Assembly (NCBI GenBank): GCA_965153355.1
Contig: OZ231126.1
Location: 1,302,001 to 1,366,000 of the forward strand
From: Flaccisagitta enflata
Taxonomy: Eukaryota
Length of the DNA stretch: 64,000 nucleotides
Direction: 5' to 3'
Within the stretch, counting starts at the first letter, position 1. Each line of letters begins with the position of its first letter. Of this stretch, positions 38,480-55,819 are shown piece after piece. The notes beneath the pieces are model-generated. The model was not told the DNA's origin. It saw only the letters and a list, made by a program, of their open reading frames with translations, and made no database searches. The translations under genes were made by a program, and so were the position numbers.

Positions 38480-39392
38480 TGTTGAAATATAAGTTACGCC
38501 CGCGAGGTTCAACTGGCACTGTCTATGAGCGTCTATCTGACGACGACTTGTGGTGAAGAAGTTGGCCGATTGGAAAATAGGAAGGCGATCGTCTCGTTTA
38601 TTTCATAAAAATTTCAGCAACTGAAGAGAGGGGGAAAAATGAAAGGAAAGTGGGCGTTAATTGTGATCAGCAAACGCAAAAGATAACATGAAATCGAGAT
38701 AGGACACAATAAAGGACAGAAACAGCACATGACAACATGTTCATCTTCTTCAGAGCCCATGCCACCTGATAATACCTGCCCCTGCCCCAGCCCATCCCAT
38801 TAAATTCATCCATATCATCCCTACTTAGTTGATCGGGCAAGCGATAAAAACCATACTCAAAAAATCCGGCGATAAAAATGCCAAAGGGCAAAAGACAAAA
38901 TAACAGACCGGAGGAAAAAAATAAAAACAACGATAATAAAAGCAAACACGCGTCTATAAAACTTACTTTTCATTTTCGTTGGTTTCAACCCACACAGTCT
39001 GTCAGTCAAATTAACGTTAATTGTCCGTTCATTGGTTTATCTGCAATAAAAGATGAGAGATTATTGAAATTAGTGAATTCCAAGGGCGCATTCAAACGAT
39101 CACGAAAATCAATCAATCACTTTAAGAAGCAATGCCGCACATAAATAAGATCAATCAATCCAAAAATTGGATGACACGAAAGACGAGATACGTATGTTCG
39201 CCTACGTAATAAAACAAATGGCACAAAATACAAGGCGCAACCATATGTTTACCCATCTAGCGTTCAATATAAAAAATGGCGAGAAACAAAAAGACGCCGG
39301 CATTGAATAATCAGAAAAGAGAAAAAGCCAAAAGCACGCAAAAGAGACAAAAGCACACATACCTAAAGACGGACGGACATACATTTCTAACA
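38480..39392 (-). repeat. 5' LTR (913 bp)
   Basis: Minus strand TGTTAGAAAT...ATTTCAACA inverted termini; AATAAA near the 3' end. Confidence 0.92.
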
Positions 39393-39586
39393 CATATGCT
39401 TTTAGAGGATACAAAACAGAATTCAATTCAATATGAATACTTTACGCACAACAAAGGTTTCTTTTGTTTCAGTTGTAATTGATGGCAGGGTACGTTGTAA
39501 TATCAGAAATCTGTCTGTAATAGATAGAATTTGTTGATCCCTTTACTCCCATGATTGAGGGGTACAACTGTAGAGCGTCAAATTAC

Positions 39587-39699
39587 CAATTCACAGTTTT
39601 GTCCAATCCAACCCGACGGGCACTGGCAATAATATGAATTAAAGCGGTCAATGCATGTTCCACCGTTTTCACATGGATTACTTTGACATTCATCAATTT
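39587..39699 (-). CDS. Calcium-binding EGF exon (may read on to TGA at 39578)
   Basis: TTTGCAG acceptor; [38 protein letters not shown]. Confidence 0.9.
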
Positions 39700-40699
39700 C
39701 TGCAAATGACAAAAATTTACGTTAGTAAGTGTTTTGTAAATTCATGTATGTTGCAGCATCTATCTTGCTCAAAAATGTTGTCCCAATGAGGGAAAAAGTG
39801 TGATATATCGCCGTTATTGGATTGTTTATGTTATCGATTTATGTGGTTCTTTTCGCATATAATATGAATGGGCTTTATAGGTACCTAACACCTTGGAAAT
39901 TTTTTTGGGTAGACATTATCTACTAGAAAAAGAGTCTGTCAGAGAATCAAGTTTTGGGGTTTTCAGACCCTAACCACCCGTCATCATCATTGTCATTGTC
40001 ATTTATCTGACCTTGTTAAGCATGATAGTCAGTTGGTCAGCTTGGGTCATATTGACTTAAGATGCCCATTCCCCCAATCCCATCAGCATCAGTATCAAAA
40101 TATGGGGCCAGATTGCGGCCCGTTGTAGAGAAACGACATACCAGCCATTTGATGCTAAAAAACAACCCTCAAATTTAGGGCAAATTGTATGGGGCAAAGC
40201 CAAAGATGTAACCCACCTTCTTTTTGGGCAGCGGCCCCGAAGGATCGATGACCTATGCTTTCACACGTATGAGGGGGGATTTTCTCCTTCTTCTCCTTCT
40301 TCGTCCCCCTCAAATCCCAGTCTCGAGGCCCAAATCCCAGTCTTGTGGCCAAACACCAAAGGCTCTCATCCTTAAGCTAGTTTGGGTTTAAGTAGTTACG
40401 TTGTTCAACTATCATAAATCTAAGTACCCTGGCATGGAATGCCGGCGGTCCCATAGAAGGTTGATCCTCGATTATTACCTATAAGGGTACCATATTTTTT
40501 CTTAAAAGCGCCCCCCCCAAAAAGCGCCCCCCACTGTTTTTCTGGGCGTCGGACTCTTCAGAAGGGATTTGCATAGAAATGTTACCCCTGTGGCACACAC
40601 ATAGGGAAATTTCTCCTTCTTCTCCTCCTCCTTCTCCTCCTTCTTCTTCTTCTCCCCCCCCCAGGCCCAAATCTGTGTCTTGAGGCCCAAATTCTAGTC

Positions 40700-40872
40700 T
40701 GGAAGCTCAAATCCCAGCCTCGATGCTCAAATCCCAGCCTGGAGAGGCTCAAATCCCAGCCTGGAGAGGCAATCCCAGCCTGGAGGCTCAAATCCCAACC
40801 TGGAGGCTCAAATCCCAGCCTGGAGGCTCAAATCCCAGCCTCGAGGTTCAAATCCCAGCCTCAAGGCCCAAT
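40700..40872 (+). repeat. ~21-bp tandem repeat (GGAGGCTCAAATCCCAGCCT) within an interspersed repeat; related reverse-strand array at ~53960-54325
   Basis: Direct observation. Confidence 0.8.
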
Positions 40873-41062
40873 TCCTCTCTGATTTTCAGTGCAATCAATA
40901 CATACAATTGCTCTTGATTTGATATATAATAATAGAAAAATAGATTTGCAGTGACTAAAGATAAAAGCTTGGTGAAAAGTGACCGATGCTTACGACTTTT
41001 TTCCTCACGGCGACAGCTGCTATTACTGGTAGAGTCGCATGCACTCGACTAAAGACACTGAC

Positions 41063-41179
41063 CTTGATTACAATTTGTTCCATTCCATCCCGGTTTGCAG
41101 TTACAAGTGTAAGAATTGATTCCATCTTGGCAGCTTTCTCCGTTTTCACCACAAGGATTGCTTTCACATTCGTCAATGT
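41063..41179 (-). CDS. Calcium-binding EGF exon (phase 1-1)
   Basis: TTCTCAG acceptor, GTCAGT donor; [39 protein letters not shown]. Confidence 0.92.
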
Positions 41180-41437
41180 CTGAGAAGGAAGGAATGTAAT
41201 ATCAATGGTAATAGAGAGTCATGTTTGTCAGGCTATATGGTAACCAGTCAAGCATGCATAGAATCAGCTAGCCCCTCACTGTCCGCCAGAACATGGAATG
41301 AGCTGACTTGAAATGATCGTCTACAACTCTGCTAGATTTTGAGTCCTTGTGGTGTTTATAATACAAATATGAAAAGAACAAAATCATTTCTGGGGCGCTT
41401 TTTGAAATAAATACAGAAATAGTACAAATTTAGTTTG

Positions 41438-41653
41438 TTTTTAGTCGCGTGCTACGCGACTCTACACCCCGCTTTGTCGGTCCGTCGGTCGGTCGGTCCG
41501 TCGGTTGGTGGGTCGGTCGGTCCCTTTTTTACTTTTTCAGCATTTTTGAGCTTTTTGGGCCTACTTCTCCTGCCCAAATGTTCTGGTGATCTTCTCCAGC
41601 ATTGCTCCTGCCCACCCGCACGCGACTAGGGTAGCCGTGTATCCGGCCTTGTT
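41438..41653 (+). mobile_element. DINE-1/Helentron-associated-like short element (relatives at ~42107-42257, ~53405-53620)
   Basis: 5' TAGTCGCGTG with adjacent and subterminal inverted copies (CACGCGACTA), (GTCG/GTCC)n tract, 3' hairpin GCCG-TGTATC-CGGC, T-rich flanks. Confidence 0.6.
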
Positions 41654-43067
41654 CATCATAACTCTTTGTGATTATCTATTTTAGTATTTTTGACCGCAGA
41701 TTAGGACTCAGTGGGTGGCTTGCAGTTGGTTTGATATGTCATACTATATTCTTTTGAAAAAGAAGTAAGAACTTATTTTTTTCATAAAATCATTTAAAAT
41801 ATAAATATTTTATAGCAATATGATAAAAAAATTAACTTTTTATTTCTTTTCAAAACTATATAGTGTGACATATTAAACGAACCAAAACACTCGCTGAATC
41901 CGAATCTACTGTCAAAAATGCCAGAAAACATAACCACAAAGAGTTATCATGAAAAATCACTATGAATCCTGAGAACCGCCAGGTCATTTTTTGGATAACT
42001 TTATGTTTTTCTTCAGTTTGGTAGACTACTGGCATGCAGGAATCAAGATCCATCCATCAAACAATATTTCATTAGTTACTTTTTGAAAAAAATCCACTAT
42101 CAACTATTTTTAGTTGCAGACACGCAACTCTATAAGCGTTGGTCCGCTGGTCTGTTGGTCCGTTAGTCCGTTGGTCCGTCAGTCGAAAAGTAGGGAAATC
42201 GCGCATATCCGCCCCTGCCCACCGTCCGCAACTGATGGCCGTGTATCCGGCCATGTTTATCATATCTTGCATACAAAATTTTTGGGTGAGTTGAAATCTT
42301 TTTTGACAGCATTTTTGAATTCCTGATGTTAGTTCCTTTCATTTGATAGGTCGCACATTATTTCTTCATTTAAAAATAAAACATTTCATTTTTTAGGCAC
42401 CGTTGCTAAATTTTAACAGTAGCCAAAAAAACAAAAATTTCATTTCTTAACCAAAATATACAGTGTGACCTAACAAATGAAAGGAAATCACATCAGGAAT
42501 TCAAATATGCTATCAGAAAATATTTTCTACCTACCTGAAAATTTCTGTATGCAAAAATAACATGTAGAATTGTTATTTTTAAACTTTTTTCAAAAAGTGC
42601 CTCGATAAAATATTTTTTAATGGCTGGATCTTGATTTCTGTATGCCAGGACTAGACTTAACTGAAGAGAAACATACAGTTATCCAAAAATTGTCCTGGCG
42701 GTTCTCAGGATTTTGAGTGAAATGTTATAAATTTACACCATTTTTGCATATATTTCAAAAACCGCCCAAAAGTGATTTAGTTTCCTTTAGATTTATATTG
42801 TACACACTCTAGAGCTCAAGAGCTCTAGTTTTATAATCTAGAGCTCTAGTTTTATAATCTAGAGCTCTAGAGCTCTAGTTTTATAATCTCATGGATTTTT
42901 AGTCAGATTTCAAAGGGGAAGTAGCTCAATTTTGCAGACCAAATGACCAAAATCCAATATTCTTACCACAACCATCTCTTAGTTGTGATGAACAAACCTA
43001 ACTCGCGGTCCCTAAATTGGATTGAAAATTGTTTTTAGGTGAGACAAAGCACCTCTGTAACTGTCTG

Positions 43068-43790
43068 TTAGATGGGAGTGAAAATTTTTTTTTTGGTCAT
43101 AGAAAGATTTGCATCGGTGAAAAGTTTACTTTTTATGTCTACTTTGAGATAAAAAAAAGTTTGGGCCATATTTCCCATTTCCCTCTGGCGAGGAGCACTT
43201 TTAGTTCCCCCCCTTTTTGGGGGTGCAAAGCACTACCAAAAACAATGCAAAATTTGAGATTGTTTGTTTTGTTTTCTTTGCTATTCCTTGACAAATTGGT
43301 AAAAATCCTTAGGACTGGTCTTGTTGGAAAGATATTAGGTAGTAGAACATAAAATAAGGAGAAGTAGCTGATAGGGGTCCCTGTGGGGCCCTCCGGGGGT
43401 CCTCAAAGGGCCCCCAAATGACCAAAATAGCTGAAAATGGCTAAAAAATGAGGGGTTTTGGAGTTGTTTCTTCTCAAATGTTATTGGGGAGGACAATTTT
43501 ATGTTAAGATGCTGTCACCTGGTTTGGAGCAACAAAATAAAAGGTCAGGGGCCCCTCAGGGACCCATTCAAGGGGCCCCTAGATGCTCCAAAAAGGCTTA
43601 AACGGGCAAAAATGACCAAAATTTAGGCATTTTTATCAATTTTTTGCCATCTTTGACAATGCAGGGCCTAGTTATCCGTTTAGCTTCCCTAATCAGTGCA
43701 GCAGAACTAGATAAGAAGGCTGAAGACCCCTGATAGGCCCATCCAGAGGACCTAAAGGACTCATAATAGCCAAAAATGACCAAATCTTGA
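43068..43790. repeat. Interspersed repeat with inverted copies at ~46560-47270 and ~48510-48990
   Basis: Reverse-complement identity (e.g. GGTCATAGAAAGATTTGCAT...GAAAAGTTTACT). Confidence 0.8.
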
Positions 43791-46700
43791 CATTTTTATA
43801 CTATTCTTCTTTGATACATTGTTGGACTGCACCTATTTACTGTTTATTGGTTAGGATGATTGATTGATTGATGGAATGATTGATTGTTAGATTGATTCAT
43901 ATGTCTGGGAAAAAATTGCCAAAATTTAAGTAGTTTTGACGATGAAGGACCTAGTTATCTGTTTAGCTTCCCTCATCAAGGCAGCAGAACTAGATAAGAA
44001 TAAAACTGAAAGCTGAAGACCCCTGTTGAACCCATACAAACGCCTTGTGGGACCCGTGATAGCCAAAAGTGGCCAAATCTTGACATTGTTAATGTTATTC
44101 ATCTTTCATAGATTGTTTGCTTACTGTTTGTTGGATAATTGATTGATTATCTTCTATATCTTATAATAAACTGAATCAAAATTTTTCTCAGTTTGGGTAT
44201 AAAGGAGAATATTTTTCCACTTGTCATACATGATATGATTGATACGAAAATTAATTGATTTATAAGCTGCTGCAGCTCTTGCTGTAAAGATCAAGACTTG
44301 CTACTTAACATTGTACAATTTGATGTACAATAGAAGAACACAGAAAGACTTATGTTCATTTATCTGCCTGTCCATCTATCCCTTTGGCTTTGTGCATCCC
44401 CCCCTCTTTTCAGCCTTCAGCCTTTGCTCATCAACTCTTTCAGGCTCCAAATTAGCGTTTTGAGCCATGAAATCAACTGTTTTGGGGGTCAAATTAGACT
44501 CATCTGACCTCAATTTAATCCTCTCAGGCCTTGAATCAGTTGTACCAGAGCTCTTTCAGGCCTCAAATCAGCCTTCTTTTTCTTGAAATCAACTGTCTTG
44601 GACCTCAAATTTTGTCTTTTAAGCCCCAATCAGCCCTCCCAAGCTTTTTCAAGACTTTAATCACCCCCTGTGTTCTAACCCCTTTGGAGCTGTGCCCTGC
44701 TCCCACTCATTCCCAAATACAATCATACAAAGAAGGGCAGTGGGTATTGCTGAGCACATATCACTACTGCTTTGTTAGTATTAGTATTTTGTTTGTGTAG
44801 CAGGCTGGTTAAGATATCAATCAATGGCAATGGCATGGCTGACCCCATAGCATCACTTTTGTTGCAAATTTAGTGTTGCATCTGCATAAGTACCTGGCCA
44901 AGAGCTGATAGAAAATCTGATCATGCTGAGTCAGAGCTTGGTAAAGCTTTACCGCTTCAGGCCCCATATGATGGCATTATCTCAGTATCTGATCTGGCAA
45001 CATATCTTTGACAAAAAGAGTCTTACATTGAGATCACCATTTCAAATGGAAATGACAATCCAAAGTTATTTCTCTTCCAGCTTGGCAATGAATGAAGAAG
45101 ATCTTTGCTCTTTGGAGGCATGGCTACCCTCTCTTTTCTACCATGGGGAACTGGTAGATCTTGAAAAAATTAAGTCTCATCATACACTGATGTTGTTCAT
45201 AAGACTGCATCTTGGGAAGAGAAAGAGTCAGGCTTTATTTCTTAAAAAAAAAATTCATGGGCCTTGTTTTTGGCGCTGGAATATGGAGCAATGATGGCTT
45301 GGATGGGAAAATCCCTGAGGACTACACATTGAGTCAGTTTGAGAGTATTGAAATTACTCCAAAACCTTTAATACGAATATTATTCCTCCCCTCTCTTGGT
45401 TCATTAGAGAGAAGAAAAGAAAAAGAAAAAGAAAACAAAACAATATAAACAAAAACAAGAAACAAAGCCAAAAACAAAACCAAAAAACAAAAGCTTTTAA
45501 ACCACGATTGTAGAATGTACATTATATTGCAAGATGTCATGTTGCAAGATTTAATCATTAAAGCATAAGCAGCAGCAGCTTAAAAATCTATCCTTTTAGT
45601 AGGTATGATATTCAGTATGATGTATGATAATTGAGGTATGATATATGACATATGAATCAATCTAACAATCAATCAATCAATAAATCATCCATCCAATAAA
45701 CAGTAAACAGGTGCAGTCCAACAATGTATCAAAGAAGAATAGTGTAAAAATGTCAAGATTTGGTCATTTTGGGCAGCGGCAGAAGAGGACGAAGTCCTGT
45801 GGAACACAGGGAAGTCTGTCCGTCCGTCCGTCCGTCCGTCCCGTCGTCCGTCCCCCACTTTACAGCCTTGTCTCCTTTGGGGCCAAATCCAAACTGTATG
45901 GCCCAAATCATACAAAATGGTCCAAATCCGCCAAAATTGGCCAAATCCAGGCAAAATGGCCTAGGACCAGGTAAAATGGGCCTTATCTGGCTAGAAAACC
46001 TGAATTCTGGCCTGAGTTCTATCATCTTGGCCCCTTAAACTTAGATTCTGGCTCCAAAAACCCACATCAACCTTAGAGACCCAGATCATGACCTTTAGGA
46101 CACTGATTCTGACCTCCAAGACCTAGGTGCTCGGCCTAAAGACCTAAATCCTAGCCTCAGAGGACCAAATCCTGACCTCAGAAACTGAAATCCTTGCCTC
46201 TGGGGCCAGAAGTTGGTCTCTGAGACCCAGGTCTGGCCTCAGAGACCCAGATCCTGGCCTGCTCCTGCCTCAGCTTAACCTACAAACTATACAAAAATGG
46301 CAAGGGTACCATTGTCCATATTCTGCCTTTTGTCAGTTCTCCTTGATATTCAGCGAAAATTTGAATAACAGGGCATCCTGGACAAAGGAAGGCAAACAGG
46401 ACAGATAGACGGACAAGAACGGATGGACGGACGGACAGATTCCCTGTGTTCTACAGGACTTCGTTCCCTTTGGGGCCGCTGCCCTGCTCCCTCTCGACCT
46501 TCATCACTTCCTACTCAAGCAGGGCATGGGTACCGCAGACCTCTTACTGCCTTTGGGCTGCTATTGGTCTAATTATGGGTCCTTTAGGTCCTCTGGATGG
46601 GCCCATCAGGGGTCTTCAGCCTTCTTATCTAGTTCTGCTGCACTGATGAGGGAAGCTAAACAGATAACTAGGCCCTTCATTGTCAAAGATGGCAAAAAAT

Positions 46701-46792
46701 TGATAAAAATGCCTAAATTTTGGTCAATTTTTGCCCATTTTAAGCCTTTTGGAGCATCTAGGGGCCCTTTGAATGGGTCCCTGAGAATTCCC

Positions 46793-50222
<3,430 letters not shown>

Positions 50223-50601
50223 CAAGTGCAGAGAAAAGAGCCAATGGAGTTGTTGCAATCTGCTTCTGAACTGCAAGGATTGTCTGCACATTCATCCACG
50301 TCCGAACAATTGAATCCATTCCCTGTAAATCCTCCTTTGCATTCACATTCAAAACTACCAACTGTATTGTTGCATGTAGCATTTGGGTGACAGGTGTGCG
50401 ATTTTATTTCACATTCGTTGATGTCTGCAAAAGTGAGAACAGGCACTGATTGAAATGTAGGTACATTGATGAAAAATGACTAAAATGACAAAAAAAGCAA
50501 ATTGTTATGGACGGACGGACAAACCAATGGACAGAACGAGTCTTAGAGTAGCATGCACACAATAAAAAAAAAAGAATTCATGAACGCAGAAAGAATTGTA
50601 C

Positions 50602-50724
50602 CTGTGCACCCATTTTGTCCAATGCCGTTCCCTTCCCATCCTTTGTGACAAATGCAAAGAAAAGAGTCAATGGTGTTGTTGCATGTAGCATTTGGGTCAC
50701 AGGTGTGCGGATTAATTTCACATT
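50602..50724 (-). CDS. Single hybrid EGF exon derived by duplication of the preceding exon (phase 1-1)
   Basis: ECEINPHTCDPNATCNNTIDSFLCICHKGWEGNGIGQNGCT; six Cys; 123 nt; flanks duplicated. Confidence 0.75.
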
Positions 50725-50930
50725 CTGCAAAAGATGAGAACAGGCATTGATTGAAATGTAGGTCCATTGCGCAGCAGGTGTCTTTATAGGTTAGCATACA
50801 TGGGTGTGAGAGGGTGAGAAGGGCAGCGGACCCAAACCTATGCTAAAGCTCATGAGGAGTTATGGAAAATCATTTGGCTGAGATTTTGGCTGTGAGAATG
50901 AGACTTTGGCCTTAAGGGTGTGATTACAAT

Positions 50931-52925
50931 TTGCATGTTACAATTTGCATACCAAATGTTCAATTTGAACATGGAAAGAAAGACTTAATTCTTGTTACTG
51001 TCTATCGACAGCCAGGAACTGATAACCTAGACAGATTCCTTGAATCACTTCAGGGATGGCTTAACAAATATGACAAAAGAACCAATGAAATCCTTATTAC
51101 GGGTGATATGAACCTTGATCTTCTTAGATATCAAAGTCATGCACCAACCTCGGATTATATGGACATTATGATGTCTCATTCTCTGCTGCCATTGATCACC
51201 AGACCGACACGAATAAAACACACCAGTGCTAGCCTAATTGATCACTTTTTTTTCAAATCTACAGTGAAAAGATCTGGCATTTTAGCAACTGAAATAGCGG
51301 GAAATCATGGTTTTACTGATCATTATCCCATTTTTTGTGTCATTGGGATTAGCAATGTTAAGAGAAATGCTTCGAGGACCTTACCTTCACTAAAAAATAC
51401 TTTACTTGTAAGTGACATGAGAAAAGACGAGAAGGACTAAGAAGTGAAGATTGGGACTCATTTTTTTCGGAAAATGATCCAAACACTGCTTACCAATTTT
51501 TTCAGGACAAATATTGTTCTCTCTACCATGATTCTCTTACAATAAAATCCTTTGAACTAAAAGGACAAAACTGCCCATGGGAACCGTGGATGACACTTGA
51601 CATCCTTCAAAAAATACGACGAAGGGACAGACTTGCTAAGTTAAGAGGAAGACGAGAGGACTACAAAAGAATTAGGAATGACATAGTAAGTGACTGTCGC
51701 AAAGCTGAAAGGGACTACTACAAAAAGAAAATTTCAGACAACTGGAACAACATAAAAGAGCAATGGAATGTTTTGAGGAAAATCATGGGCAAGCATAATG
51801 ACAAATCAAACCTACCATCTGCCTTCAAACATAACAACAACTGGATGACTGACAAACAAGAAATATCTTACTGCATTAACAAATATTACTCAAGCGTTGG
51901 ACTAGATACAAACAGAAGTGTAGGAAATTCTACAAAGGATCCCAAGTTTTATTTACATAAAAACAGGGAAAGAGTAAGTGACCAGTTGATGACAGGTCGT
52001 TTTACTGAACAAGATATTCTTAATGCATGTAGACTGCTCCGCCCTAAGTCTAGCTGTGATGCTTACGGACTGTCACAGAAGATTTTATTGCAGGACATGG
52101 ATATTCTTGCACCTATGTTTGTTCATTTGATTAATTGCTCGCTATCTGCTGGTATTTGCCCGGATATGAGCAAAATTGCAAGGGTTATTCCTGTCTATAA
52201 AAACAAGGGTGAAAATTATTTGTTCTCTAATTACCGACCCATATCCATGCTACCAGTCTTCTCAAAGATCATAGAAAAATTAGTATAAAACAAGATTTTT
52301 GATTTCTTGGTGCGCTTTGAAATTCTCTTCAAATCCCAGTATGGGTTTAGAAGGGGACATAGTACAACCCATGCAACATTAGATTTTTTAAAAACAGTTG
52401 AAGCCGCGCTTAAGCAAGGGGAGCTTGCTGTTGGAGTATTTATAGATCTGAGTAAGGCATTCGACACTCTAGATCATGAAATACTACTGTCTAAACTTTA
52501 CCACTATGGTATAAGAGGTAAATGGTTGTCATGGATCAAATCATACCTGACAAACAGACAGCAATTTGTGGATGTCGACGGTGTAAACAGCTCAATGTCA
52601 CCAATTACAGTTGGAGTGCCCCAAGGAAGTATTTTGGGGCCACTATTGTTTCTTATATATATAAATGACCTCCCTGCTGCCCTTGACAAACTCATCCCAG
52701 TAATGTTTGCTGATGACACGAATCTTGTGCTTAGGGGCAAAAATCTACCTGAGGTAGTAGCCACACTTAATCATGAACTGGAAAACCTAAATGATTACTT
52801 TAAAGCTAACAAATTGAAGCTTAATGCCGGGAAAACTAAACTTGTCTGTTTTAGAAAAAAAATTTTCCCTTTGCTCAAGAAGATCTTGATGTGGTATTGG
52901 ATGATACTAAAATAGAATGTGAATT
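50931..52925 (+). mobile_element. Decayed CR1/L2-group LINE ORF2 fragment (endonuclease C-half and RT)
   Basis: TVYRQP, GDMN, PTR, SLIDH, TDHYPI (endonuclease); YRPISMLPVFSKIIEK, QYGFR, DLSKAFD, GVPQGSILGP, FADD (RT); frameshift ~51380, in-frame TAA 52286-52288, truncated at both ends. Confidence 0.93.
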
Positions 52926-53003
52926 GCCCTGCTTTGCATGGTTGTAATCGGAATGAGAGGCAGGGCAGCGGCCCGGAAGGAGACGAGCCTGTAGAATACA
53001 AGG

Positions 53004-53663
53004 GTACATCCTGAAGCGCCCCAAACTTCGACTATGGCTTTGCAATCTCTTACCACAGTTGCTTGGTAAAAAATATTCCATGCAAAATTTTGGGCCTCTC
53101 AGATGGCAGGAACCTTCGTTAGAGTGAGGTTGAAGTTTGCATTGAACCTATAACATCCTAAAACGCTTCAAACTACAGTTGAACCTCGCTCTAACGGATT
53201 TCAGGGGACTAATGATTTTTTTCTGTTATAGGCGGACTTCTGTTATTGCCAACAAAGGTAATAAAAAAAGATAATCTGAAGGGACTAAGTATTTGCATCT
53301 GTTATAGGGGGAATTCCGTTGGTGGCGGGTCCGTTAGAGCGGGGCTCAACTGTACTCCTAACTAAGGTTCCTGTAGCCAGAGTGGTCTGAAATTTTTCCT
53401 GGAAATTTTTAGTCGCGGACACACAACTCTATAAGAGGCTTTGTCCATCCGTCCGTTGGTCCGTTGGTCCGTCGGTCTGTGGTCATCGCTATGTCGGTCT
53501 GTCGGTCTGTCGGTCTGTCAGGTCACGCATTTGTTCAACAGCAAGAAGTCAGAGTGGGTAAAGCGCATATCCGCCCCTGCCCACCCGTCCGCAACTAGTG
53601 GCCGTGTATCAGGCCTTGTTTCAACAAGCCTGGGTTAACTTTGGGGGCGCTTCAGTGACGTAA
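53004..53663. mobile_element. MITE with nested insertions (second copy 55458-55807)
   Basis: Imperfect TIRs ...TGAAGCGCCCCAAA / TTTGGGGGCGCTTCAGTGACGTA; internal sequence shared with the 55458 copy. Confidence 0.7.
53176..53352. mobile_element. Tc1/mariner (pogo/Tigger-like) MITE, 177 bp, TA target-site duplication
   Basis: TA|CAGTTGAACCTCGCTCTAACGGA ... TCCGTTAGAGCGGGGCTCAACTG|TA. Confidence 0.88.
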
Positions 53664-54988
53664 TGAACAAGTAACGCGGGTGGGAAGGGTGGGCAGGGGC
53701 GTCCGATCCGCGTCCCCCCTCACACACACAATAGAATCTAAAATGCTCGTTTTTTTCACTTTTTGACTCATGCTGACATACAGACCGACTGACCGATGGA
53801 CAAAGCCTCTTGAAAAAGAGTAAAAATAGTTGTAAACTTTTAAAACTGTTTAGCGTCCGTCAGATGGACTGCAATACCCATTGCCTCTAAATCAGTGTAT
53901 GTTAGAGATATGGTAGTGAAAGGGGCAGCGTCCCCAAACGAGCCAATGACCTAGGCTTGGCTTGGATTTGAGCGACAAGGCTAGGAATGAGTCTCAAGGC
54001 TGTGATTTGAGCCACAAAGCCAGGACTTGAGCCACAAGGCTGGGATTTGAGCCTCAAGGCTGACATTGGAGCCTCGTGGCTGGGGTTGGAGACTCAAGGC
54101 TGGCATTGGAGCCTTGAGGTTAGGAATGAAGTCTCAAGCAGGGATTAGAGCCTCAAGGTTGGGATTGGAGCCTTATCAACAAGGCAGAGATTGGAGCCCA
54201 CAGGCTGGGAGTAAAGAAGCCTTGAGATTGGAATTGGAGTCTCAGGACCAGGATTGGAGCCTGGAGGCTGGGATTGGAGCACTGAGGCTAGGATTTGGGC
54301 CTTGCGGCTGAGATTAGAGCCTTGAGGGGGAGCAGAGAGGGAGAAAGAGAAGAGGAAGAAGAAGAAGAAGAAGAAGAAGAAGAAGAAGAAGAAAAAGAAA
54401 AAGTAAAAGAAAAAGAAAAAGAAAAGAAGAAAAGAAAAGAAAAGAAAAGAAAAAAAAGAAAAGAAATAGAAAAGAAAAAGAAAAGAAAAGAAAAAGAAAA
54501 AGAAAAAGAAAAAGAAGAAGAAGAAGAAGCCGCTGCCCAAAAAGGGATGTAAACACAGTTAGTCGATAGGTTGGTCCGCCCTTTACGTACCAGAAAGAGA
54601 TTTAAGATTTAGGACAGGTAAAACATGAAAATTGCATGACATATAGACCACCCACCATGGACGCCAAACAAGCAAATCCGTCTAAAAAGGTGCTCGGAAG
54701 CAGACAAAATCGCAGTGAAAATGGCGAATCTAATCGATGATGAGTGCAGATTTATTCATAGCCCCTTTTATATTGTTTGGATGAAACTTTTTAAGGAGCT
54801 TAACATGGCAGCGCCAAGAAAATTTGAAAAGCATTAGTTGTTTTGAAAAGATTGATCAAATCTTTCTTTTTTAACCAGTTGAAATGAACACAATTTAGAT
54901 TATATAGAATGAAATACGGTGACGACGATGATTATGGCGGGGAGGAAGACGACGCCGGTCAAACTCATTCTTAGCAAACATGCAAAGT

Positions 54989-55028
<40 letters not shown>

Positions 55029-55457
55029 TCTATCAGCCTGTTTTACCAGTTTAGAAATAAAAAATAAAAAAAATAAAAATAAATGTTTTACCAGTTTTAC
55101 CAGTTCTGCAATTCAAGAATCTTAAAGAAGCTATCATTTCATTCAAAGAGAATGAAATTCAATGCAATTCAAGAATCTTACAGAAGCTATCATTTCATTC
55201 AAAGCTCGAAGGCAGAGGAACCAAACGCAGTAAAGGGGAAAGAAGGTCGAGACATAAAACCCTATATGAGAACCCAGTATGAGAAAATGATTAGGGAAAA
55301 AAAACAATGTAGGGGAAAGACGGCAGCTAAATTGTTTTATTGCTATATGGAGAAGAAAATCATAGACATAAAAACATGACGAGACTTCACAAGGGGAAGA
55401 AAATCAAAGGCAGGGGGGAAAAAAAAAAAATCGAAAAAGCTGTTTACTGAATATATA

Positions 55458-55807
55458 CTACGTCCCATGAAGCGCCTCAAACTTCGACTATGGCTTTCAC
55501 CAATCTTACTACAATAGTGCTTGGTAAAAAAATATTCCATGCAAAATTTGGGCCTCTCAGATTGGCAGGAACCTTCGTTAGGGTGAGGTTGAAGTTTGCA
55601 TTGAACCTATAACATTGAATCAGTATTTCTATTATGCAAATTTTGTCTCTGCCATAGATTTCTACGGAAACTTCATGGTCACCCTAACGAAGGTTCCCCC
55701 TATCCCAGAGGCCTGAAAATTTGCATGAGATATTTTTTTACCAAGCCTCGTCTATGGTAAGATTGGTGAGAGCCAGTGTTTAACTTTGGGGCGTTTCCAT
55801 TGACGTA
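55458..55807. mobile_element. MITE adjacent to the duplication breakpoint
   Basis: TACGTCCCATGAAGCGCCTCAAA ... TTTGGGGCGTTTCCATTGACGTA inverted termini. Confidence 0.75.
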
Positions 55808-55819
55808 ATATACACCCCT

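Larger units (their letters stand above)
26162..39392 (-). mobile_element. Bel/Pao LTR retrotransposon, near full length (~13.2 kb)
   Basis: Two ~910-bp direct repeats flanking gag (triple zinc knuckle), protease, RT, RNase H, integrase in Bel/Pao order; purine-rich tract next to the 3' LTR; no clear TSD. Confidence 0.95.
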
